A DNA stretch of 64,000 nt from an uncultured candidate division Zixibacteria bacterium (GTDB taxonomy: Bacteria; Zixibacteria; MSB-5A5; GN15; FEB-12). The stretch covers positions 864,001 to 928,000 of the forward strand of contig CAVTJJ010000004.1 of the NCBI GenBank assembly GCA_963735035.1, written 5' to 3'. The stretch's first letter is position 1. The number at the start of each line of letters is the position of its first letter. The notes under the pieces were generated by a model that did no database searches, was not told the DNA's origin, and worked only from the letters and a program-made list of their open reading frames with translations. Below are positions 20,691-30,987 of the stretch, piece after piece. The position numbers were made by a program, and so were the translations under genes.

Positions 20691-22337
20691 ATGTTTACAC
20701 GCAAACTCACTTCTGAAAGTGGTGTGGCCACCCTGATAGCGCTGCTGATGATCGGCATGCTGCTGTTGATCGGGCTGGCTGCGCTGACAACCAGTGATGA
20801 TGAGAGCCAGATCGCGGGTAATGAATGGCGCGAGATGAAGGCTTTTTATGCCGCCGAGGCGGGTCTCGAGGAAGCCATGTCGACCCTGCAGACGGAATAC
20901 GACAGCACGGGCGTACCGCCGGTCATCCTTCCGGGTGGAGACGAGACCATCAATGGCTGCGCGGTAAATTATGTATCCACGGACGACGGTGCTGCGGTCA
21001 TGCGTCCGCTGACCTCAGGTACCCTCGCCGGGCTTAATGCCCTGGTGAAGTCGTTCAGTGTTGACGCTACCGCGGTCGACGCGGCCGACGGGTCAAAGAT
21101 ACAGATGTCGGAGACATTCGAAGTGGCTCTGGTGCCGGTCTTCCAGTTCGCCGTGTTCTACGGTAACGACCTGGAAATCGCGCCAGGCGCCGACATGAGT
21201 CTGATTGGCCGCGTTCACAGTAACGGCAATTTGTACCTGCAGTCCAATACCACCTTGAATATGGACAGTTACGTGACGGCATCAGGTCACGTCTACCATG
21301 GTCGTAAGGGACCGGGCGCTGCCGGCGCGGGCGATGTCAGAATCAAGAACGCCCAGGGCAACTATGTTTCCATGAAGATGGGAAGCAACTGGATGGATGG
21401 CAACTACAGCAAATGGTACGATTCATCGCTGGGTCGCTGGGGCGGCCGACTGAAGGACACCGCTCATGGCCAGCAGCAATTGAACCTGCCGCTATCCAGC
21501 TCGGACGACCCGCATGCCATTATTGAGCGTGCCTCCGGCGGCAATACTGATTCTTATGAGAACAAGGCCACGCTGAAGATTATCGACGGTGTAGTGACAC
21601 GGTTGGCCGATGACGGTACCTGGCAGAACATAACGGCCGCCGTGACCGCTGACGGAACGTATAAGTACACGGTTGACAAGTTCACTGACCAGCGCGAAGG
21701 CAAAAAAGTGGACTGCACCGAGCTCGACATCGCCAAGATGTACGCCAATGGCTACGCGCCCAAGAACGGTGTGGTGTATTTTTCGGACGCCGTATCTGGC
21801 GGAACCGATTGGCCGGGTCTCCGGTTGCTCAACGGCTCGACTCTGAATGCGGGTCTGACAATCGCCTCAGAAAACCCGCTGTACACCAAGGGCAATTTCA
21901 ACTCGGTTAACAAGAAACCTGCGGCGCTGATGGCCGACGCGGTGACATTCCTGTCGGGTGCTTTCAACGACGCCAATAGCGCGGCCAGCAAGACATTGCG
22001 AGTGGCCACAGCTACGACCGTAAATGCGTCGTATTTGTCAGGAAACGTTAGCACAACCGCCACGGATTACAGCGGTGGTTTCGAAAACCTTCCGCGTTTC
22101 CTGGAGAAATGGACCGCAGTCAACTTCACCTGGAAGGGCTCGGCGGTTAACCTCTGGAATTCGGTTCAGGCGACCGGCATCTGGAACGGCAACTATTATG
22201 ATCCGCCGAACCGTCTCTGGAGCTATGACACCGATCTTAACGACCCTAACAAGCTCCCGCCGGAAGCCCCGACGATTCGGTTATTCCAACGGACTGGCTG
22301 GATGCAGCAGTTTGTCGGCTACGCCAAGAGCAACTAA
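20691..22337 (+). CDS. PilX-like minor pilin with large C-terminal domain
   Basis: SESG|VATLIALL (no Glu5, as expected for PilX/GspK), KAFYAAEAGLE, GRVHSNGNL, GGFENLPRFLEKW. Confidence 0.85.
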   Translation: MFTRKLTSESGVATLIALLMIGMLLLIGLAALTTSDDESQIAGNEWREMKAFYAAEAGLEEAMSTLQTEYDSTGVPPVILPGGDETINGCAVNYVSTDDGAAVMRPLTSGTLAGLNALVKSFSVDATAVDAADGSKIQMSETFEVALVPVFQFAVFYGNDLEIAPGADMSLIGRVHSNGNLYLQSNTTLNMDSYVTASGHVYHGRKGPGAAGAGDVRIKNAQGNYVSMKMGSNWMDGNYSKWYDSSLGRWGGRLKDTAHGQQQLNLPLSSSDDPHAIIERASGGNTDSYENKATLKIIDGVVTRLADDGTWQNITAAVTADGTYKYTVDKFTDQREGKKVDCTELDIAKMYANGYAPKNGVVYFSDAVSGGTDWPGLRLLNGSTLNAGLTIASENPLYTKGNFNSVNKKPAALMADAVTFLSGAFNDANSAASKTLRVATATTVNASYLSGNVSTTATDYSGGFENLPRFLEKWTAVNFTWKGSAVNLWNSVQATGIWNGNYYDPPNRLWSYDTDLNDPNKLPPEAPTIRLFQRTGWMQQFVGYAKSN

Positions 22338-22395
22338 GGGCAGTTGCTGAGGCGATAAGATCGGATGATAGTTCGTCGGGTAAGGCGTCGCCCGC

Positions 22396-24813
22396 CTACT
22401 CGACGGACAGATCGAATGGAATTCGGGCGAAGATTGCAGGCTCCTCGGAGAGTGGCAGTGTGATGGTCGCCGCCTCCGGGGAGTTTCTGTTTCCGGTAAG
22501 AACCGCCATGACCGAGTTCCACAGTGAGAATTTGGGGAGGATAAACCAGGGGCGGTACTGCGGGTACATTTCTACTTCGTAATCTTTCACTTCTAATTCG
22601 GCTGCGAGATAGTCAAGGGCCTGATGAATTCCGCCCGTTTGGTCGGCGAGACCACACTTGATTGCCTCGCGGCCGGTCCAGACACGCCCCCGCCCCAGAG
22701 CGTCGACCGAGTCGGGAGAAAGCCGACGACTGGTCGCCACCAGTTCCACGAAGTGATCATAGAAAGCCTGAAGGTGCGAAAAGTACTTGGCGCGTTCATC
22801 ATCGGTGAACGGACGGGAATCAGTCAGCATTCCGGCGTAGCGACCGCGCGTATACAGCTCTTTCCCCATGCGTATCTTTTCATACGTGCCGCTCAGATCG
22901 GCTTTGCCGCCGTAGATGCCAATTGAACCGGTGACCGTAGCCGGGTCGACGAATACTTGTTTAGCGGGTGTGGCGATATAGTATCCGCCTGAGGCTGCGG
23001 AGTTGGCCATTGAAACGACCACGGGTTTGGTCTCGGCCGCTCGACTGACCGCACGATGAATATCCTCCCCGGCCAGAGCCCAGCCGCCGGGAGAGTTGAT
23101 CCTGAAGATCACGCCACGAATTCTCGGGTCGGTGCGCACCCGCTCGAACGCCTTGACAATCGGGGTGGGGCGGACGCCGGAATCTTGGTCGGTCCAACTA
23201 TTCGCACCCGCGTCCGGCTGAATTTCACCATCGGCCACGACCACCGCGATGACTGGGACAGGCTTCCAGGAATTGTCGATCAGCGTATCGGTCAGGTAGC
23301 GTTTGAAAGTTACACTCGGGAGGCCCTGGAAATAATCTTTGCACACCTGATCGCGGTAGCTGAGTCCGTCCACCAGGCCATAGGTAACGGCCTCGGCCGA
23401 AGTGAACGGCCCGCGGTCAATAATGGCCCGCAGGGAATCGACGGACAGCCCACGACCCTGGGCTATGGCCGTTACGAATTGATCGTACCAGTCGTCCATG
23501 AGCCGGTTGATTTGAGCCTTGTTCTCCTCGGTTGAGGCATCGCGTGTCCATGTCTCGGCGGCCGTCTTGTAGTCGCCGATACGCATCAAATCAATTTTCG
23601 CACCCAGCTTGTCGAGCGTCCCCGCCCAGAACGTAAGTTCGGCCCGCAGGCCGACTAGTTGCAGTTCACTAACCGGTGGGATGAGAATTGTGTTCGCGGT
23701 GCTGGCTACGAAATATCCGAGGTTATTGGGTGTGCTCAAATAACATATGATCCGTTTATCCCGGGAACGAAAATTTGTCAGCGCGTCGCGCAGTTCCTGG
23801 GCCCGCGCCATGCCTATCGCGAGATTGCCCAGATCGAGCTTCAGGCCTTCGATTGATGGATCATCGGCCGCCCGATATAGAGCAGTTATCAGCGACAAGA
23901 AGGGTGTTTCGCTCTGGCCGAAAATCGGCCGGGGGGGATTCTCGGAAACGCCGCCGGAAACCGCGAGATCCAGGCGACGGCCCGGCTCGTCGACTATCGA
24001 TGGTTGGCGAGAGTTAATGGCGCCCAGGTACACGGTAGTACGGCCGTTGTGTCCTTTCTTGTCGAACCGGCTCTGTGATCCCACGAGGTATTTCAACAAG
24101 TTGGCGCGCACGCCTATCTGGAAATTGCGGTCGGAGTCGATCAGACCGTTCACATACAACCCCGGGATCGGGTTGTACTCCGCATGGTAGGCGAAGTCCG
24201 CTCCGCTCAGATTGTCATGAGAAGACAAGAACATGTCAGCGGACAGAGTCAATTTCTGGCCGAATGGGCGATAACCCAGGGAATACCGCTCTTCCATGGC
24301 GGTACGCTTGCCGTCACTCTTGGCCCGATTCAGATTCGAGATCACGGCGGCGAAGGCGAATGAACCGAGGCGCTGGCTGCCCAGCCCGAAGTTCCATGAA
24401 TGTCGCTTGCGATATAAGTCGGGGCCGTTGCGAAAATAGCTATAGGACCCGCCTATATTCAGGGTAGGGCTGACCGGAAAGCCCAGGGCCGCCACCCACT
24501 CGTCGTAGTCGACGCCATCCGGGTTGTCGATGTGGCGAAACGCGGTCGCGCTCCCGTCGCGATACGCCACGCCTCCCCAGCTCTTGGCATAATCTCCGGC
24601 GTAGTAATCGGCCATCAATTCGAAACCGGCCATGCCGGGACGACTCAGCCCGGCCGGGTTGGTCCACGCTGCTTCCATGCCGAATGCGGTCGCGGCCGGG
24701 ACATAATAGAATACATCCGGTGGCTGCGGTACGCGGTCGGTGTCATCGGTGGTAGCTGCGCCGGCAGCGCTTCCGATGAGCATTATTATGAACAAGTATC
24801 GAATCGACCTCAT
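22396..24813 (-). CDS. sppA: Signal peptide peptidase SppA (S49, 67K type) with an extra N-terminal beta-barrel-like region
   Basis: GDYKTAAE, RINSPGG, VVSMANSAASGGYYIA, TGSIGIYGGK, GRGRVWTG. Confidence 0.92.
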   Translation of the reverse strand: MRSIRYLFIIMLIGSAAGAATTDDTDRVPQPPDVFYYVPAATAFGMEAAWTNPAGLSRPGMAGFELMADYYAGDYAKSWGGVAYRDGSATAFRHIDNPDGVDYDEWVAALGFPVSPTLNIGGSYSYFRNGPDLYRKRHSWNFGLGSQRLGSFAFAAVISNLNRAKSDGKRTAMEERYSLGYRPFGQKLTLSADMFLSSHDNLSGADFAYHAEYNPIPGLYVNGLIDSDRNFQIGVRANLLKYLVGSQSRFDKKGHNGRTTVYLGAINSRQPSIVDEPGRRLDLAVSGGVSENPPRPIFGQSETPFLSLITALYRAADDPSIEGLKLDLGNLAIGMARAQELRDALTNFRSRDKRIICYLSTPNNLGYFVASTANTILIPPVSELQLVGLRAELTFWAGTLDKLGAKIDLMRIGDYKTAAETWTRDASTEENKAQINRLMDDWYDQFVTAIAQGRGLSVDSLRAIIDRGPFTSAEAVTYGLVDGLSYRDQVCKDYFQGLPSVTFKRYLTDTLIDNSWKPVPVIAVVVADGEIQPDAGANSWTDQDSGVRPTPIVKAFERVRTDPRIRGVIFRINSPGGWALAGEDIHRAVSRAAETKPVVVSMANSAASGGYYIATPAKQVFVDPATVTGSIGIYGGKADLSGTYEKIRMGKELYTRGRYAGMLTDSRPFTDDERAKYFSHLQAFYDHFVELVATSRRLSPDSVDALGRGRVWTGREAIKCGLADQTGGIHQALDYLAAELEVKDYEVEMYPQYRPWFILPKFSLWNSVMAVLTGNRNSPEAATITLPLSEEPAIFARIPFDLSVE

Positions 24814-24815
24814 TG

Positions 24816-25871
24816 TTACTCTCCCGATCTGCCTCGGATGTAAATGTTTCCTTTACCCTTGATCGTTACGCCGATATCCACGCGTCCGTCGCCTGATTGC
24901 AGGTTCAAACGATTGTGCTCCACCAGATCGGGAGTGAAGGGAAAGTTAGAGGCTTCAATGACACCTTCGTCATCGACCGCCAGACTGTAAAACGCCGACA
25001 ACGTGTCGGGGACCACTATCTCTATGTCTTCCTGACGATTGCTGACCACCAACTGACCTTCCTTCATTTCCAGGACTTCAATGGACACGGGTTCCGACGA
25101 GCCCCGGATGTAACTGCTCTGGCCTCGGGCGGTGAACTTCTCGACATTGATTCGACCGTAACTGGTCTTGATGTTCACCGATCCAACAACGCCGATCAAT
25201 TCGATGTCGCCACCCTCGTTTCGGAACCGGGCCTGGTCTTCGAGACACTTGATGTCTCTCGCGACGAGAGTTTCGCGGGTAGTCACTACCGAAATCTGGC
25301 CAGTGATATCTTTCAACGTTACGGCCCGGTTAGCTGTGGTGATGTTCAGACTTTCCGTGATGTTGGAGATATCCATCCCGCCCAGCGATTCGGGCACATC
25401 CAGTGCCCGAAGGGGTCCGACTGTGGTGACATCGAACGGCGGCGCGAGGATTTCTATTTCGGCGTCGGAGGGGGCGATGATTTCCAGCTCCACGCGTCCT
25501 GAATAGTCAGTTCCACTCCAGGGAGCGGGATTCGGGGCACGCATCTTGACCACCGGTGATTCCGGCCGGCCTTCGATGACCACCGAGATGAGGTCGATGA
25601 AGTCAATGGCTTGTGAACGGTCGGAGGCTTTGGCAGTTTTCACATATTTGATGTCGATCGTGTCGGACAGTTGCGTGGCAATTCGAATGGTGCCGGACAA
25701 ATTCACGGCGGCCACCAGTTGAATCTTCGCCCGGCTCCCGACTGCTTTGCGCATCGCAATCTTCTCAGTGGCGAATACTCCCGATTCTCTCTCGATAACT
25801 TCCTGGGCCGAAGCCGAAGCTGCCAGCAGGCCCAGCAGCGCCAGGGCGGATACCGCCAGTCTGAGTTTCAT
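24816..25871 (-). CDS. Secreted DUF4097/adhesin-like beta-strand repeat protein
   Basis: Signal peptide ending ASA; repeats such as ITTANRAVTLKDITGQISV and IKTSYGRINV. Confidence 0.7.
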   Translation of the reverse strand: MKLRLAVSALALLGLLAASASAQEVIERESGVFATEKIAMRKAVGSRAKIQLVAAVNLSGTIRIATQLSDTIDIKYVKTAKASDRSQAIDFIDLISVVIEGRPESPVVKMRAPNPAPWSGTDYSGRVELEIIAPSDAEIEILAPPFDVTTVGPLRALDVPESLGGMDISNITESLNITTANRAVTLKDITGQISVVTTRETLVARDIKCLEDQARFRNEGGDIELIGVVGSVNIKTSYGRINVEKFTARGQSSYIRGSSEPVSIEVLEMKEGQLVVSNRQEDIEIVVPDTLSAFYSLAVDDEGVIEASNFPFTPDLVEHNRLNLQSGDGRVDIGVTIKGKGNIYIRGRSGE

Positions 25872-26668
25872 GCTTTCCTCCGCATCCTGAAGTCGTGGCA
25901 TTGCTTCATGAGAATCGATCCGGCTATGGCCGAGTTCAGGGATTCAACGTTCTTGCTGTGACCGATTCGAACCATTTCCTGTGTCGCCTGGATCAAATCC
26001 GGCGATAAACCGTCGGCTTCCGAACCGATCGCCAGCGCCAGGGGACGGTTCCTTGTTCGGGCCAACACATCCTCAATCTTGTCCGAACCCTGCAATGCGG
26101 CGGCGATCAATGTCATCTTGTGTTTATCTCTCTCAGCCAGCATCTCGTTCAAGTTGGCCGAGACGACCGGCATTCCAAAAACCGCGCCGACGGAGGATCG
26201 CACGACTTTGGGCGAATAAGCCTCGGCACACTGTCCTACCAGGACGACCAGGTCAAACTCGAACGCCAACGCCGACCGGATGAGTGTGCCAACATTGCCC
26301 GGATCGGACAGATTCTCACACACCAATACATTACGGGTCGAAGGGCCAAGAAGTTCGGTGAGTCGTCTCTGGTGAATCTCGAATACGGCCGCCAGCCCCT
26401 GGCTTTGCTCGGTATCGCAGATTCGACCGAGCTCTCCGGCTGAGACCTGAGTCAAAGTCACTCCCTGGCGACGGAACTTCTCTACGATCTGCTCGGCCCG
26501 AGGGGACAACAAGGATGGAGTGTACAGCAGGCGTATCGGCTTCTGTTTGAACCGGAGCGCTTCTTCCAGCAGGCGCACTCCTTCCGCCAGGAACTGGTGG
26601 GCGGTGCGACGTCCCTTCTTGGCTTGCAGAGCGCGTAGATTTTTTATTTCCGAATGACTCAGTGGCAT
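25868..26668 (-). CDS. TrmH/SpoU-family RNA methyltransferase
   Basis: FLAEGVRLLEEAL, LSDPGNVGTLIRSA, GSEADGLS, VESLNSAIAGSI. Confidence 0.93.
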   Translation of the reverse strand: MPLSHSEIKNLRALQAKKGRRTAHQFLAEGVRLLEEALRFKQKPIRLLYTPSLLSPRAEQIVEKFRRQGVTLTQVSAGELGRICDTEQSQGLAAVFEIHQRRLTELLGPSTRNVLVCENLSDPGNVGTLIRSALAFEFDLVVLVGQCAEAYSPKVVRSSVGAVFGMPVVSANLNEMLAERDKHKMTLIAAALQGSDKIEDVLARTRNRPLALAIGSEADGLSPDLIQATQEMVRIGHSKNVESLNSAIAGSILMKQCHDFRMRRKA

Positions 26669-26700
26669 CGTTAATTATCCGATTCGATTCTGATGACACA

Positions 26701-29347
26701 ATGAACCTGCTCGACCGAACTTGGCAAGTGAAAACTCTGCTGACACTTCTAATGCTTCTGTGGTTAGGCGGCCATGTGGCCGCCGATTCGACGCATATCA
26801 TAATCGGGGGGACCGACGGAATCGATCCGTATAGCACGACTTCACGCTGTCGTATCGGGCTGGCTCTCTCTGGAGGAGGCGCACGCGGGTTGTGCTCGGT
26901 TGGCATTCTAAAGGCGTTTGAAGAGAAGGGTATTGATGTCGCGGCGGTGGCCGGGACTTCCATCGGCTCGGTCATTGGCGGCCTGTACGCCTGCGGCTAC
27001 ACACCGGACGAACTAAGCCGGATCGTGCGCGGGATCGATATCGACGCCCTGGTGGCCAACCGCCCGTTGCGCTCGTCGATGTTTCTCACGCGCCGCCAGG
27101 AACGGGAAAAATACCTGCTCTCGGTCAGGTTCAACGGCTGGCATCCGGAGATTCCCAGCGCCTGGACCGGCGGACAGGAAATTTCGGCGCTGTTGACCAG
27201 GCTGACGGTCGAGGCGAACTACACCGCCGGACGCGACTTTACTCGTCTGCCGATCCCATTCAAGACGGTCGCCACCGATATCGTAACCGGGCAAGCGGTC
27301 GTTATCACCAACGGCTCACTGGCTGAGGCCATGCGTGCCAGCATGGCGTTTCCGCTGGCCTTCACCGGCGTCGAAAAGGGCGACAGCCTGCTCATGGACG
27401 GCGGCATGCTGATACCGGTGCCGGTCGAGATCGTCCGTAACATGGTTGAACCCCAGACAATAGTCGTAGCGGTCAACACGAGTAGCGCGCTGATGCCGCG
27501 AGACGAGCTTCAGACCCCGGTCGATATAGCCAATCAGGTCACTTCGATTATGACTTCCGATAAGTTGGCGTATCAGCTCGGTCTGGCCGACCTGGTGATT
27601 GCCCCGCTCGGTCCGAATCATGCCTCGACCAATTTTCACGATGCCGATAGTCTCGAAGCGCTTGGTTACAGGGCCGGCCTCGTAGCAGCCGACTCGATCT
27701 TGTCGCTACAATCGGCGCGCTGTCAGTCGACCCACTACAAAGTCTGCTCGCTTCGAATAGACTGTCCCGATTCGATTATCGCGGCCCGGATACAAGCATC
27801 CGGACTTGATCGACCCTTCACCCGCGCTCAACTGATCGAGGATATCAAGACCCTGGCGCGCACCGAACCGATCTTCAGGATCGCCGTCGATATCGAAACG
27901 AAATGTGATCCGGCCGAGGCCGGGTCCGGTGACGTTCCGGTTGCGCTAACTTTGAACGTCTGGCCCAGACCGAAAGTGGCCGACTTCGCTCTAAGATTCG
28001 AGGGGCACGCCCTGTATGACGATCTGACACTGGGGCGACTCTGTAATTTCCCGGACAGTCTGATATCGCCCGCCGACCTGAAGAATGCCCAAGAAAACAT
28101 CCGTGCCAAATATCGCCACGACGGTTATGATATGGCTGGAGTGCGGCGGGTGTCGGTCGATTGGAAAGCCCGGGAAATTGTGTTCGATATCGACGAGGTC
28201 CGCCTTGCCAGGGTCGATGTCGCACAGAACCAACGTACGCGCGACTGGCTGATTCGCTCCTATTTTCCCGACTAAGCGGGGAGAACCGTTTACGCGGACG
28301 AAAGCGATACGCGGAATGTCCGATCTGTACGGCACCGAACTGTTCGATCGCGTGGCGCTCGATCTGGAGCCGGGCGATTCAGGGGCGGTCATGACGGTGC
28401 GTGTGAAAGAAAAGAAGTATTCGCAGATGCGGTTCGGCTGGCACTGGCACGACGAATACCAATCGGAACAGTTTGTGGAGCTTCTCGATGACAACGTCAA
28501 CGGGATCGGCCTGGAATTTCTGACCCATGCCCAGTTTGGACCAGACCGCCAGAGCTATTTCACCGGGCTGAGATTGGATCGAATCTTCTCCACGTATCTG
28601 ACGGCTCGTCTGACGTTCTTCGACGATCTGCTCGATCGTAATCTATTTGACCTTCAAGGGGAGGAAATAGGCACTCGTCGCGAGCAGGGCTGGGGGGGCG
28701 CCTTCTATCTGGGGCAGCAGATTTCACGTTTGGGCCAGGTACAGGCGGGACTGCGGATAGAGCGTGTGAAGACGATCGATCATCTGAGTGACACCGAGCA
28801 ACGTTTCAATCTAAGAGCGCTGCATTTTGTGTCCGAAGTTGAGACTTTCAATCGATATCCATTCCCCACGACCGGGAATAAGCATCGGTTCGATGTCGAG
28901 TTCGCCGGCAAGTTGCTGGGCGGCGAGGTCGAGTACAGCAAGTTCTCCACGTCCATCGAGGCCTACTATCCCCTGGGCGAGTATATCAACTATCATCCGA
29001 GAGTGGCGGTCGGCCTGTCGCGACGGGGTCTGCCGCCGTCGGAAAAGTTCTACCTCGGCGGTTTGGAATCTTTCTTAGGCTATCGCGAGAGTGAGTTGTC
29101 GGGGGAGAAGATGTTCGTGACGAATCAGGAGCTTAGGTTGAAGCTGCCGTATCGATTCTATTTGACGGCGCGGTTCGACTATGGCGACATCTACGGCAGT
29201 GCTGAAGATATCAAGGTGGCGAAGTTTCGTCGGGGATTCGGTGGCAAGTTGTCCTTTGATACACCGCTGGGCCCGTTCGATTTCGGTTATGGTGTGGGAT
29301 CGTCGCCGAAGGACCGGTTCTACTTCTCGGCAGGGTTCAGGTTCTAG
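26701..29347 (+). CDS. Patatin-like phospholipase-POTRA-Omp85 barrel protein (PlpD/type Vd-like), with one frameshift at ~28267
   Basis: LSGGGARG, GTSIG, DGG motifs; POTRA-like segments; barrel with FYLGG and DTPLGP, ending FYFSAGFRF; deleting one C in TTTCCCG joins YFPTKRGEPFTRTKAIRGMSDLY. Confidence 0.85.
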
Positions 29348-29537
29348 TAGATCGTGGGCAGTGCCCAGTAAATCGTACAAGTCTGATCGCACTATGTCTG
29401 ATCGCACTAGTCTGATCGGCAGGGTTCCACCCCTGCCGCATTGAGCGTGCCCGGCAGATGTCCACATCTGCCGGTTTGGTGAGGAATCAACGTACCCCAC
29501 CCAACGCGTGGGATTTGTCAACGGGGCAGCAGCCCCG

Positions 29538-30548
29538 TCATTCCGGCGGAAGCCAGGAGGTGGATTCACATTTGAAGTGCAACAGTTTCTCCCAGAATAC
29601 TTCGGCCGGTGACCGGTAGTCCAGACATTTTCTGGGGGTGTTATTGTACAGCTGTACGAGTTGCGCAAATTGGTGGTTGGTCAGGGCGGCCAGGTCCGTT
29701 TTTCTGGGCAGGAGGCGCCGCATGCGGCCGAGGGCATTCTCGATGCCCCCTTTCTGCCAGGGCGCATGAGCATCGCAGAAGTACGTTTCGGTGCCCAGCT
29801 CATGCAACTCGTAGTGATAGGCGAACTCGGTGCCGTTATCGAAGGTGACGGTCTGGCGCCAGACCAGCGGCAGAGGAGCGAGGATCGCCTTCATGTGCTG
29901 CGCGATCTCGTGCGCTTCTTTGCTCGGGGGCCGCACGGCCACGAGCAGGCGGGTCTGCCGTTCGTGCAAAAACAACAGCACCTGACCGTACTTACTAAAG
30001 CACATCAGATCCGCCTCCCAGTGGCCGGGCCTCTGGCGGTCTGAGGCGGCCGCAGGCCGGGCACTGATCGGACAGCGCAGGGCCATAAATGAGGTCGGGC
30101 TCTTGGCCTTCGTGACATAGCGACCACGTCGACCCTTGGCCCGTGGCAGGTAACGGCGCCACGAATAGTCCTGAGTGCGGGTGATCTGCGCATAGATAAA
30201 CCGGTAAATCGTCTCGTAGGAGATCACCCGTCGACCAGCCTTCCGGTTGAGGTGGGCCGCCACGATCTCGGGTGACCAGCCCAGCCCAAGACGTCGCAAC
30301 ACCGCCATCCGCAGCCGGGGATCGCGATCGAGCTTTGAGCCGCTCCAGCGGCGCGCTTGGCTCTGTAGGTTAGCGTACCAAGGCTGATATCTGTCCCTCG
30401 CGCTGGTGTTCCGCTTCAGTTCCCGAGCAATTGTCGATGGCGCGCGATCCAGACTTGCAGCAATTTGCCGCAGCGACGTCCCTTCGCCCGATAATAGGGC
30501 AATTTCACATCGCTCTTCAACACCAATCTGCTCATATCTTTGTCCCAT
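29538..30548 (-). CDS. IS30-family DDE transposase
   Basis: SLRQIAASLDRAPSTIARELKRN, WSPE, SYETIYRFIY, GHWEADL, TFDNGTEF, PWQKGGIEN, NNTPRKCL. Confidence 0.96.
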   Translation of the reverse strand: MGQRYEQIGVEERCEIALLSGEGTSLRQIAASLDRAPSTIARELKRNTSARDRYQPWYANLQSQARRWSGSKLDRDPRLRMAVLRRLGLGWSPEIVAAHLNRKAGRRVISYETIYRFIYAQITRTQDYSWRRYLPRAKGRRGRYVTKAKSPTSFMALRCPISARPAAASDRQRPGHWEADLMCFSKYGQVLLFLHERQTRLLVAVRPPSKEAHEIAQHMKAILAPLPLVWRQTVTFDNGTEFAYHYELHELGTETYFCDAHAPWQKGGIENALGRMRRLLPRKTDLAALTNHQFAQLVQLYNNTPRKCLDYRSPAEVFWEKLLHFKCESTSWLPPE

Positions 30549-30592
30549 ACCAACACCTTAATAAGGTGTTGCACTTCGTTTGTGAAGTGAGC
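29559..30592 (-). mobile_element. IS30-family insertion sequence
   Basis: Imperfect terminal inverted repeats TTCACAtttGAAGTGCAACA (29565-29584) and TGTTGCACTTCgttTGTGAA (30567-30586) flank the transposase; exact ends approximate. Confidence 0.88.
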
Positions 30593-30833
30593 GTACCCAG
30601 TTGTGATGGCAAGAGCGCCAATGCTGATGTTTCGATCAATCCTGCGAAGGGAATCCTGGTCACTATGACAGTGATATTGCGGTCACAACTGGGCACCGGT
30701 TTGCACCGGTGTGACGGACTGGCGTCCGTTGACGTTTATAAGCGAGAGCAAACTACATTAGTTACAAGTGGGAGAGAGCAAGTCTGTCGAATGGCCCACA
30801 GAAAGCAACGGTATCGGGTCTCTGATTCAGGAC

Positions 30834-30978
30834 GGCAGGCACGGAGGCCTGCCGATCAACATAGAAACTTACCGCAAGTGGTGGGGCGCTGAGTCATTCG
30901 CCGGCAGATGTGGGCATCTGCCGATCACTAATCAAATTTCGATCAGAATCCGAACCCACCGCAAGCGGTGGGGCACCC
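30834..30978. repeat. Cluster of REP-like palindromes downstream of secA
   Basis: GGCAGGCACGGAGGCCTGCC, CGGCAGATGTGGGCATCTGCCG (related copy ~29451-29474), CCCACCGCAAGCGGTGGGGCACCC (related copy ~6179-6202). Confidence 0.7.
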
Positions 30979-30987
30979 GATCACATA

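Noticed and set aside
29381..29418. Short tandem repeat GTCTGATCGCACTA (about 2.6 copies)
   Set aside because: Local slippage duplication at the edge of a REP; no sign of function
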